Shown here: positions 1 through 12,700 of the stretch, piece by piece | How positions within the stretch are numbered: position 1 is the stretch's first letter | Layout: every line of letters starts with the position of its first letter | Assembly (NCBI RefSeq): GCF_964355755.1 | Contig: NC_092670.1 | Span: 9,600,201-9,664,200 of the forward strand | Source: Antedon mediterranea | Lineage: Eukaryota > Animalia > Echinodermata | Direction: 5' to 3' | Length of the DNA: 64,000 bases | Made by a program: the position numbers and the translations under genes | Notes under the pieces: generated by a model | Told to the model about the DNA's origin: nothing | Seen by the model: the letters and a program-made list of their open reading frames with translations, nothing else | Databases searched by the model: none

Positions 1-437
1 CCTAGCTAGGCTTAGTTTTGTAGGCCTAGCTGGTAAACATCGATAACGTACGAACATCGTACGCTAGCTATATACCTAGCCTGACGTTGTATAGTTGCTG
101 CATTAATTGTCTTTCTATTTTTGCCAGACTCCGTTGATACAAATTGGGGAAAACCCGGTATTTTCGCTGAAAAGTTAGGAGTCTTCCATTTGTTTTGGCT
201 TCACAATCGATCGAAAAGTGGGCGAATTACAGGTGAAAAACAAAAATATCAATCCGCGTGCAATGCATTTTGGGATTTATAGCGGGCCGCTATAATTATT
301 AGAATCGATTTATTTTTCACATTTTTAACCGTTTAAAGATGAAAAAAGTTATCGCAATAGGACCATATAGTATTATTTTTACATTAAATATAGTTTGTGA
401 TCTTAAATTAGATCTAAAAAACGTAGGGAATGGGGCT
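1..437. mobile_element. Non-autonomous TIR element, Kolobok-like (truncated by window edge)
   Basis: Nearly identical to 45541-45977. Ends in TIR GTAGGGAATGGGGCT followed by TTAA (438-441). Confidence 0.75.
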
Positions 438-3344
438 TTAAATACCTTACAGGCTTTTTTAAATACTGATTTATTGTCATATGGATTAAGTTTATTCGTC
501 ATAAATGAATCAATGTAAACATTTGCATAACTAAACATGGTCGTCCTGGAAAATATTTAAAATACTATATTATAACAAACATTATATAAACATACAAAAT
601 ATTGCAATATCAAAATTACTTATTATGGGGACAAAGTGCCCATTAATAAGGGTGTTACCTGAATAGATAGGGGTGTCCCAAAGGAATGATTTCCCTGTAT
701 ATTTGTTTTGGTCTGGGTAAAACCACAGATTATCCTTCCTCTCTTATTAGGTCTCTTTTTTATCTTTACAAAAACCCTGATGAAGATCATTTATTAAACT
801 ACAGTTAATATTAATGTTGAATACAGACAAATTTGAAGATGGCGACGTAATTAATTTGTAAAACTAACAGACATTTAAAATGAAATTGCCAGTCAAATGT
901 CAAGTAATAATAATTAACATTCAAATCACGTCTTATCCTTACCTCAAGCAGTTGAATACATTCGCAAGTAATTAGTCAAACTCGAAAGCATCCATGTATT
1001 AAAACCCAAAGATTAAACCTGTCGTGCCGTAATAAACTCGGCGTAGAATTTGTCTTACAAATTCTTGTATCAACATCCAAAGCATAGATTGAATGATATA
1101 ATTCAGTCAAGTCACTAATATTGTGTTATTATTAAAATTCAAAAGGCTTTTCAGCACCGACTAAAGCAAACCCAGTGACAACAGCACCTAACTGTGTACA
1201 AATCAGTGAAGCGTGACCAATTGAATAGAAGAGTTATTTTTAAAGCTTCTGCATGGTTTTGTCATTCAATTCAGACGGTTTTATGAATTCCATGGCCAAA
1301 CAGTGGTGAGGCGATGGTATTTTGATTATATTATAACTTAGCCTATTGACACTACTGTATAAGTACAGAAATGGAACTAAAATATGAGGGCTTGAAATTG
1401 CTTCAAAGGAAATGTTGATAGCCTACATATCGCATCACTGGTGGATAAAAGAATTCCTAACATTTTCACTTTTATTATCAATACAGTACAACAGGAGTTT
1501 AAGGTCTTTAATGGTATGGTAGTATATAAAGCCCACAAAGCACAACCTGGTTTAAATTGTTGCATAGGTGTATTACCAAAAGGACTATATGAGTGGGTAC
1601 ACATTTAAAGTGTACTGTGTGTACATAAACTTTACATCAAATAATAAATGGCGTTATAGGTTTGGTTGAATAAGGCCAATTAGGTTCATGGATATTATAT
1701 TAATTGCCTTTAATGAGTTATCAGAAAATGTATAAATATAGTTAGAGGTATGTTCTTATATGTCAGTAGAAATGCCATGTCAGTTTGCACAAAAGTAAAA
1801 AAGAGTCACAGACTGACAACCATAAACTGGAAGAAAGAAGGGGAAGACAAGAGAAGGTGGAGAGATGGAAGACAAGTAATATCATAAGCAGACTTCAGGC
1901 GATGACGTACTATCTAGAATCTTAAACCACAACAGCTGATCATTAATGAAAGATGAAGACCTACATAATAAATGTATTTTCCAGAAAGGTTTCAAGCTAA
2001 TGTACAGTTCAATTTATTAAATTAAAAAAGACATCTGAGTTGATCACAGAGAGTGGGCTTACTCATAGAGTGTGATTTTCTACATGGTACCAGTGGCTTA
2101 TCCACAGGATGAGATTAAACCATGAGATAGTCTTAACTATGACCTTATCCACATCAGCATGGGCTTATGAACAAGTGTGCCTTTCCATGGGATGGGCTTA
2201 CATCCATGGGGTTAAGCTTGTAATTACTGTACATCAGTAATTTGATCTATCTGGTATTGTACTAAACAATCAAATTAGCATATATTCTTCCTGATTCAGC
2301 AGGAAAGTGTAGCCTGTTGAAGAATCCACTTAAACAACAATTTTTAACTGAACAGAAAGTATTGCTAAAAATATACAGTACAGTATGCTAGTTGTTCGAA
2401 ACCCAAGTGTTCTCCATGATCGTTGAATACGGCCACAGAATCATAACTTATACTGTACAAGGCCAAAATATCGATACAATGTCAATAATCAGATTTAGAA
2501 GGGAAGGAGGATGCATCACTCAAAAAGACAAATATTGTTTGGCCTGAAATGCACCACCACCACCCCCACCTTCTTACTACAGTACCATACAATGCTGGAT
2601 CCACCCCTGATAATGGATTTTCTTTATGCCTGGAGACAGCTATATAAAATATGTCAAATTATAAATTATTATATGTACACAGAAATATTGACTTGATGAT
2701 TATCATTTTTTAGCACATGAATGACCAAAGAAAATGCACAACCATACAAAATGAAATGCATAATGAAGAAAATGCATTTAATAATGAGGTAGACGCATTC
2801 TAAAATATAATATTAATGTTTACAGTATGACGTATAGAAAATTCCACTCTTCTAAATTAAACTGTGCACAGTGCTAATATAAAAATCACTTACAGGCCTA
2901 CCAAGTGTAAGCTATTAGTAATCTTTAAAAAACTAATTTGTATACAGCCAGGCAACTATAAATACAAATTTACTAACTTTACTCTGACAAAGTATGTCAC
3001 AAAATAATTTATTCTCTAAAAGTAGGTCAGGAAATAGCTTCTTTTTGGCCCAGAAACAAACACATTAGAATACACAGAGGTGTGCTTAGATATTATTCAA
3101 ATTGTATTGAGCTAAACTGTTTGTGTTTATTTCCGTACAAAATTGAAAGATACAATATTTTGTCTATATCTTAAACACTATGGTGAACTAATTTGCATTT
3201 TCACCCAATGAACTGTACAGTTAGTGAGAATAATAATGACCACAATCATCAACTGAGGAACCAATATATATTATTATTATTATGAAATTTTTGCATTTTT
3301 TATACTGAATGCCAACTATTGTATATTTTTATAGTTAGGGTCAG

Positions 3345-3600
3345 GCAAACGCAAATCACCATCATCTTCCTTTATTGCGCCTAAACCTCATTTGAGTAGT
3401 CGTGCAACGCAAACGCAAACCATTTACCCTAAAAAAGATAGTCTCAGCTACACTGGCAGATCCACGATTGGGAGGAGGGCAACGCAAATCACAATTATCT
3501 TCCTTTATTGTAATTTGAATATCTTCGCACATGGCTAAACGCGAACCATTTACCCTAAAGATAGTCTCAACTACACTTACAGATCCATGATTGGAAGGGT
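3345..3600. repeat. Degenerate ~130-bp tandem duplication
   Basis: The blocks 'aacgcaaatcac..atcttcctttattg' and 'accatttaccctaaa..gatagtctca.ctacact..cagatcca.gattgg' each occur twice. Confidence 0.6.
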
Positions 3601-4589
3601 GGAGAGATCTGCTTGGACCTATGTATAAAGTGCTTTAGTGCCAGTAAAAATGGGTCTACACTGCGGCATTTGCGACAAACCAGTACAATAGAAAAGCAAG
3701 CAATAAAAAGGCCATAAAGTTTATGTCACTCCGTCCAGCATCATCTGATAGACAGTTTTAATTTATTTTATTGTATAGTAAACAGAACAGATGAGCTTCT
3801 TTTTTAAATAAAATACCTTTTTACACAGTACATTAAACAAGCATCAATAAATTAGGTTTATACTTATATAATGTCAGTTAAAAATGTCAGAGATAGCATA
3901 AATATAAACCCCACCCTAGGCCCATCTAGATAGGGACGGTTACTAACCACAAAACACATAGGTGCCCGATAAGTTCCGTACCTTCATTTATCCTTTCCCT
4001 CTCTGCGGTGGTCTGTAGCCTACAAATACATACCTACCGCAGTCAGTAAACATCTTTTTCGCTTAGCGAACAGCATACTTGAAATCATCTAAACAAAGTA
4101 ATTTTTATGATTTAAATGAAGGTGTTAAAAAATTACATGATTAAGCTTACTTACTAACCAAATTGCGTTTTTAAAATTATTAATTCCAGTTATTATAGTT
4201 GAAAGTAAACTAGGCCTACCACACTAGGCCTGTCCACTACCTAACTAATGGCGTAAGTCCCGTTCTTAACTCTGCAGTGCTAATCTGATCTGATCATATA
4301 TGCTATTCGTACGGCGACTATCTATATGCACGTAAGTTTTCCGACTTTAAAAATCGATGTTTTTAATTAAAATACTGTACCAAAGCAGTTTAGCCTATAA
4401 ATTGTGTCTATCAAGTTAAAATTTAAGCCTAAAATAAACTGGCAGGGAATAAAGTATGTTAGGGCCTAGACAATTTGTCCAAATATTAAATCCTTTAATG
4501 GGATATTCGGTAACATATTCGTCTTTTGGTCTTTTTCTATGATGTTTTCGAAACACATAATTTAAAAAAACAATATTAAAACATTCTTA

Positions 4590-4669
4590 AAGCATGATTA
4601 TTAAAACAAAATCAAATATAGGCTATATTAGCATGATTATTAAAACAAAATCAAATATAGGCTATATTA
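4590..4669. repeat. Tandem duplication, ~40-bp unit
   Basis: agcatgattattaaaacaaaatcaaatataggctatatt occurs twice in tandem. Confidence 0.8.
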
Positions 4670-5850
4670 TATATATATTATATGTTAATATTGTTTTTTT
4701 TTCTTATGGCTGATAATAACTAAGTTTACTTTTACTGTACTAAGCCAGCTATATCGAATAAAAATGGGGCGTCGCTAAATTCTGGAATTGTGAGGGATGT
4801 TCCTTGATTCTTTTATAAAGCTGCATTCTACGGTACTAAATAGAACGAACCTGTACCTTTTTACGTCATAATAAACGTAATTATTCACGCAGGTTTGCAC
4901 AATTTACCCGCCGCGGCCTAAGACAACTGAATTCCCATTACCACGCTCGGATCATACCATCAAGTCTCAGTTTTACAAAATATTTCTTAATTTTTAAATA
5001 TGATTGGTTTCGGTTTGGATGTTATCAATTTAAATACTGTACACTGAAAACAAAAGAGTTTAGGCTAAAACAAAACGGAAAATAATTTGTTTTCAAAATA
5101 GAGTCGAAAGAAAAGTATATTGATGAGATACTACAATGCAATCGACTCTTTTTTCATTTCGTATAAAATGGGCTCGGCTTAAATTTGTATTTGTAGGCGT
5201 CTTCCTTGTCGTAAATATTGTAGATATAATAATAACGGCAATTGATGTATTTCGTTTTATTTATTTCTTAATTATTAAAATAAAGCAAAACCAACACATT
5301 TGAGCTTCCAAACAATTACACTGGTATTTAAAAACGCGAGCGATTATTTTAAAGATTTTTAATTTTTATTTAGAATTTTAAAAATATTAAAATAAATTAC
5401 AACTGTAAAAATAAGCATTAAAATGTCTGTATACAAAATAAAGCTTGGATCCCATCCTTTAGGATGCATAAGGAAGTAAGCGTAACGCAAGTAATTTGAC
5501 CAATCACAAGCGATGGATTATTTGTTGATTTTCATTGGTCAACTTCCTTGCGTCGGTTATTTACTGTATAGTCTTCGTATGTATGTTGTATTGTAAACAG
5601 AAACACACTCTGATGCATATATTAACTTGCTCCACATAATAAACAAACGCAATATACTAATTTGCATTAGATGCTGTTTAATTAAAAAATTGTCATTTCC
5701 AATAGAACCATAATTTGTTAATTTACATACAATATAATATTTATATTAAAATTTATGTTTAGTATATTATAATTTACAATGAAAAAGTATATAAACCTAT
5801 TAATGCAATACATTATCGCAGTAGAGCTTATATAAAGCGTAGTTCCACTT

Positions 5851-6012
5851 AAACTCTGTCTATACTATCAAACTAGTTTGACAACAAAATTGTGATGTGT
5901 TCAAATATGGTAGTGATGTGCTTAAATATGGTAGTGATATGACATCATCGTGTCCATCTACGGGCACAAAACATTTTTTTGTCACATAAAGTTTGATAGT
6001 GTAGACAGAGCT
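5851..6012. mobile_element. Short MITE, PIF/Harbinger (Tourist)-like family A
   Basis: TIR (AG)CTCTGTCTACACTATCAAACT ... AGTTTGATAGTGTAGACAGAGCT. Related copies at ~9771, ~21794, ~31602 and ~33422, with TAA/TTA-type flanks. Confidence 0.7.
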
Positions 6013-6029
6013 TTACGGTTGTATCATAA

Positions 6030-6204
6030 AGGCCAATTTACACATACGAGCGGTAACAGTAATACAAATATAGTGTTATTCCTTATGACCGTTTAGACAC
6101 AACGCAGAGCGGACGGGCGGTTTCCGCTCAGGATAGAGTTTCTACATGGGAAAAGCATTGCGGTGTTCCACTTACCATTACCGCTCGCCTGTGTAAATTT
6201 GCCT
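6030..6204. mobile_element. MITE with imperfect TIRs (Harbinger-like)
   Basis: AGGCCAATTTACACATACGAGCGGTAA ... TTACCGCTCGCCTGTGTAAATTTGCCT. Confidence 0.55.
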
Positions 6205-6758
6205 TGAGACCCGAAACAAACATATTCTCATCTTTCCTTTATTTTCTAATATTTAAGCGCCTTGAGCATCTTAAGTGGCGAAGTGCGCTCTAGAAATCCT
6301 TATTACTATTATTATTATTTGGAAACACATGATGTACCACAAACCCTTATTTTACTAAGACCCAACTTGATCATACAACTTTTACACTGCCAAGCTAAGA
6401 ACAAATTGTGTCCTCCCCAGATACAGTACATTACAATTTAGCAACCAAGGCACTGCATACAGTATTACCCAAGATGCATGTATAGTATAGAACACTAGAT
6501 GACAACCCCCCAATTTTCTCAAATAGTAGAAATAATATTATTCTCTCATGAATAAATTATTGATCCAGAAAGGGCGGCATATGGCTTAGCACATCCTAAA
6601 TTTTGATAACTTCAAAGCAAAAGATAGGACATATCATTTCATTTTACAACTTGTAGGCCCTTGCCTCAAAATCCTGGATCTACCAAGGAATCTGGTCATA
6701 AAATGTAACTGCTGGTTATTAAAATCATTAATCGGACGATGAACGATAAGCATTGTCC

Positions 6759-9700
6759 TCATTGCAAGTGAACGACCTTCATTTGGCATGATGCTGAAAT
6801 GGTCAGAAAAAAAGGGGCTTCTTGTTGGGGTTTAAAGGTTGTTGGCATGATATTGTAAATACCACCTGGTACATCTTCTAACTGCAGAACAGTGAAACCA
6901 TGCCTACAAACAAAAACAAATATAAGCTTGAAAAATCGTTTATTAGAGTAGCAGCTATTGGTGGCAAATTGAAATTGCATCTACAGAGGTTCCAACTAGC
7001 CTCGGCCTTGTACTGTATAAGTCTACGGCTTAAGGCCTATTTACACTAGGATGATAATGAAAGAAAAGACATTTAAAAAGTTTTCATCCTAGAACTATAG
7101 GATAACCATTTATGCTGCCTTTGATGAAAATGATATTTTCACACGGTCAATCAAATGACGTCATGATTAGTTTGGGCAAACGATTTTATTGTTATTGTTG
7201 ATCATGATGTTAGACTAGTTAGGCATAGAATATAGTGTTCTGAATGTACAATACCTGTACGTGCCACTGTTTAATTTCTTAAATGTGTTTGTACCAACAC
7301 CATCTGATGACACTGCAGTCAACTCAAAACCAACAAAGAAATCCCTACAAAAATAAACTCAAGTTATTGAAACTTCTATAATATACAATTTTATTATTAT
7401 TATTATTATAATACTAAAATTTAAAGATATGACCCTCTGAACATTTGGTTTGTTGAATATGCCATTTTGATGTTCCATAATAGTCATTCACTTTGACTAA
7501 AAATTGGATCGAAAAAAAAAACCCCATTTTATTTTTTGTATTTGATATAAAGAATTTGATACAAAAATATACTGAGATTTACAATATCTTTAGTTATACC
7601 CCTTTCACACCAAAACTCCGGAGTGTCTCCGGAGACACCCCAGGGTTTATGACCATTCAAAACGTCGAGAAACTCCGGAGATACCCCTTTCACACCAACC
7701 TAGCAACTCCGGAGTTTATAAAATAAAATTGTAAATGTCGCCCTCTATTTTGTTTGTTTACATAGCGACGATCATTAGAATCATTTTAATTAATAATATG
7801 TTTAATTTAATAATTACTTTCAAAAGTCTCAGAAGTAATATAATGTTTTATTGATACTACTTATTATTTTTGAACCCGCTATATATGTTGTACAAATATT
7901 TAAAGTATTTTGAAATAAAACTAAAGCAATGAGTGATCGTGTGAGGATGACCTTTTGACCCGAAACACTCCGGAGTTTGATGTTGGTACCTTTCACACCA
8001 AAACACCGGGGTGTCCCCGCAGTTCGCTCTCCGGAGAATGTTCAGCTGTTCAACCCCGCAGTTTTAAACTCCGGAGTTGCTTGATTTTACCTTTCACACC
8101 AAACAGCAGGACGTCAACTCCGGGGTGTCTCCGGAGTGTCTCCGGAGTTTTGCTTTTGGTGTGAAAGGGGTATTATTCAGGAATGATTGAATACTTACTT
8201 TGGTCCTTTGAGGTCTACCATGAAGTAATTAGCTTTTGTTTTCTCTTGAAGGTTAACTTGATAGATTGGATTAAATCCTACAGTGTCACGGAAATTAGCA
8301 CAGCCACCTGCAGTTTTACCTTTCCATTCACCTGTGATCTAAGGAGAAAAAAAAATCACTTATATTATAGACTTGCATTTATTAAATTTAATCTGAATCA
8401 AATACAGTAGAATCTCCTTTGGGACGTCTTTTAAAGACACACTTCCCTGTAAGACAAACAAGGGGAACAATTTTACAATACAGCCCGTAGGGACCACCCT
8501 TATTAAAGGGGCATTTGAGAGAGGACGAATAAGGGGCAATATATTTTAATACTATGGCAATCCCTATTCAGGTGGCAGGAGGTTGTACAGTGATTCAGCA
8601 ATTATATATATAAAATGTGAAATTCTTACCTGTTTTGTGTGCTGATATGGTTCAGGAACTTTATATAACTTCACAGCAGTTGTAGAATAAACCTAAAGAA
8701 CACAATCAAATTATAGATGATATCATTGAACTTGAAGCAGGACAAGAATCAGGCAGATTCAACTGTGCCCGTAGCCACAACATCAAATATTCAAATTATA
8801 GATGATATCATTGAACTAGAAGCAGGACAAGAATCAGGCAGATTCAACTGTGCCCGTAGCCACAACATCAAATATTCAAATTATAGAAAATATTATAAAC
8901 CATGCCATGTTTAGAAAACTAAATTACAGACACACACATTTCACCCGCATTATTCATAATTAATATTACCAGAACTACAACTGTATATCTATGATATTAC
9001 ATTTAAAAATTGTTTTTAATTCAAATATGCAGATTAAAAAGTAGATATTAAAAATATTATTATAAAATGAGGATATTAATGACAATGACAAAAAAAGACA
9101 ATATAAAAATAAAATTTAGAATAGATGATGATTTTAATAACTATACCCTCAATGATAGAGGTGATAATGATGATAATGATGATAATGATGATGATAATAA
9201 TGATAATGATGATAATGATAATGATAGTGATGATGATGATGATAATAATGATAATGATGATAATGATAATGATGATGATGATAATGATGATGATGATAAT
9301 GATAATGATGATAATGATAATGATAATGATGATAATGATGATAATGATAATGATGATAATGATGATAATGATAATGATGATAATGATAATGATGATAATG
9401 ATAATGATAATGATGATAATGATGATAACGAAAATGATGATAATGATAATGATGATAATGATAATGATGATAATGATGATAATGATAATGATGATGATGA
9501 TGATGATAATGATGATAATGATGATAATGATGATAATGAAAATGATGATAATGATAATAATGATAATTATAATTAATAAGTAGCATACCCTCAATGAGTA
9601 GTGGATGGTGTTGCTTTTTTCAAACTGAGAGACAACAACGGTGAACGATGTACCCTCCTCCTTTACCACCATCTTGCATAGATAATGAGGACTGTTAATT

Positions 9701-12700
9701 CTGGTACCATCTATGTAAGGAGGTGGATCATCTATAAATAAAAACAACAACGTTTAATAGTAATGTGTTAAGCTCTGTCTACACTATCAAACAAAAAAAG
9801 TTGTGTCCAAATATGGTATTAATATGACATCATCATGTCCATATATGGGCATTTTTTGTCACATAAAGTTTGATAGTGTAGAAAGATCTTAAAATGTGTT
9901 ATATTTGTTACAGCAGTTGGAACCTATTGAGGACACTTTCCAATGAAATGAATGAGATGCAATATTGTTTTATATTTTTTAATACTACGGCCAATTCAGG
10001 GGAGATCCCTATTAAGGGAAACCTTGCTGGGTCTCAAATGTGTCTCCTTAATAGTGGTTCTACAGTTCATGATAGGACAGGAGTAAGACCTGTCTTTGTT
10101 AAGCTCCTGGATTACGACTGCTAATTTAAAGTGGTGCCGAAACAAAAATGTGCAACGGTTGTGAACTGGAACATAATTATACACTATAAACAAATCAAAC
10201 ACAATCTTTGACATTACCCACTGTGTTTGAATTTTCTATCACAAAATTTATCTTGAAAACAATTTTACTTGACCAATAGTTGTATAGTACAATACATTAA
10301 ACTTCTCATGATTAAGTGAGAATTTCTCTCGTTGCGACGAGTGATAGTTATGATGAACATACATTAATATTTTTAATAGTTAGTTAGCTTACTTGGGTAA
10401 TACACCTTCTTGCCACCTTTGTAGATCAAGAGAGTTATGAACTCTTTGTTATCAGCGAAGTCATCCTTGTCTGTGATATGCCTAGTGAGTAGTATCCATA
10501 CGCCACCTTTACCTTTTACATCTAGTCTGTACTGTGGGTTGTTACTGATAACGTACCGGTCCTTTTTAGGTCCTTCTCCAGCCTGCCATGTGCTACAAAA
10601 AATTTAAATTTAATAAATGTTTTTCTACTATGAAAAGTATCAGAAAGCTAGCCATGTGTTAAAAAAAGAAATTATATACAGTAAGGTATCTTATTATTAA
10701 GTTTGAGGCAGGTTTCAGAGAATCTTAGGCCCTCTCTCTCCAGCTTGTCTTTACTCTCAAAGTAATAGTACTGCATTTGATCTGATTAGAATTTGATTAT
10801 TATATAACACCTAAATAGATACCTGTCATTTGATTGGACTTATAAAAATAAGTGCACTTAGTTTACGCTTTCGAGGTATACTGTATTTCTATTTTTGTTG
10901 GCGGAAGACCAGACGGTGTCGCCTCGGGAAAATAGAATTTGCCATCTTTTCACCTAATGAAATTATTTGTACCATTCCACCAATAAACATTTATTATTTG
11001 TATACAATTATATACTGAGATTGCAATATCAATGGATTTACCAGAGGATTAAGGGGATTGGATTATATCTGAGCAAGGGATTATAATAAGTGAAATATAG
11101 TAATATTATACTTACTTGTGCAAAACGTAGGTATGTGCAAAGAGCGATGGGTTCCAGTTCATATAAATAACATCAAAAAAATGACATAACGAGTCATAGT
11201 CAATCCAAAAAACACCTGTAATTATATGCAAATATTTAACAAGTATGAAAACCCCACCTGTAATTATATGCAAATATTTAATAAGTATGAAAACCCCACC
11301 TGTAATTACCGTATATGCAAATATTTAATAAGTATGAAACCCTCCCCCACCTGTAATTATATGCAAATACTCATTAATAAGTATTCAATCATAGGTGTAG
11401 CTTGATTCTACCTCAAAGTTTAGTAATATTCGTTGATTACACAGATTCTTATAATTCATTTAATTACTAATGTCGTCATTGCCATTATTGTACAAAGGTA
11501 TAGCACATTCATACACATACATATAGTATTAGTATTATGATTTGGTTATGAATATGATCATTTATAAACTGCATACCATTATCAAACTGTTGAGCATTTT
11601 TAGGGTCAAAGTTGAGAGCTTTTTGTAGTTCTGGTGTCCAATGTTCTTCATCGAACTCTGAGAAGCGACCTTTCCACCTCAGATGACTCCATGGATTCTT
11701 CAACTGAATCAATTTCTTTCCCTGAGTTTAAATCAATAAGTAATCAAATATTTGTTATGTCATCAAAGCTATCAGTAGAAATTCTAAACACAGAAGATGT
11801 CGTTGAAGAAGAAATTGTGATTTTAAACTTTGACTAAACTCCAACAATTGAAGTCATGTATTTCTTTACCGAATACCATTTTCACATAAACCATGATTTA
11901 TTACACGTTTTCATACCGTGAGAAATCAAAGGAGAGAAAGCAAAGTTGCACACTATTTGATTACTATGATTGGTCATATTAATATCCGGGCAATACATGC
12001 GCATGCAGTAACAACTCAGGACATCTCGGGACAAAAACAGGCCTCTCATTTGTGTATGTTTTTTCTCCCGAGATTTCACAGGGGTCTCTTGTCAAATTGC
12101 AAAAATTATCTTCACACTCTGCAAACCTGGTTATAACTTGTTACTTGAAAAAGGTATAAAAGAAAAACCACAATGTAATGATACCTTTATATCTCTTATA
12201 TCAAGCAAGGCATATGCATGAGTGGGAACCAATCCAGCCCTGTCAGCTTCTGCATCGGACATAACACCTGTTGCCACGGTGATTAGCACATTTCCGATGT
12301 GAAATCTAGAGTTCATCTTTGTGAACACCTCGTCTTTGTTGAAATCTTCACTATCAAGGCGAATGGGAACTCTATCTGGGATCCAACCTGTTAGGGCGTG
12401 CAGGTCAATATTCTAAAAAAAGTGTAGAAAACCCCTACTGTAGACATAGATTAACGTCATAAATGTGAACTTTTATGAAAATTGTTTTTCTTGGCAAGAT
12501 ATTACAATACATTTAAAGATATACTTTCCCTCAAAATCATGAAAATAATGTTGCAGTTTTGATTCAAGTTAGCAGCAAGTAGTGCTTAGGATAATTGTAC
12601 TACTGAGAAGACCTAGTTTTTCTTTGGCCGATATAATAATGATCTTACTGAGTTTGATCCCGGGAAGTCATAACCACCCATCACCTTCAGGTACGCCTTC

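Noticed and set aside
9067-9586. Long poly-Asp/Asn, Met/Ile, His/Tyr and poly-Ile ORFs
   Set aside because: They are artefacts of a stop-poor trinucleotide microsatellite inside a CAPN7 intron.
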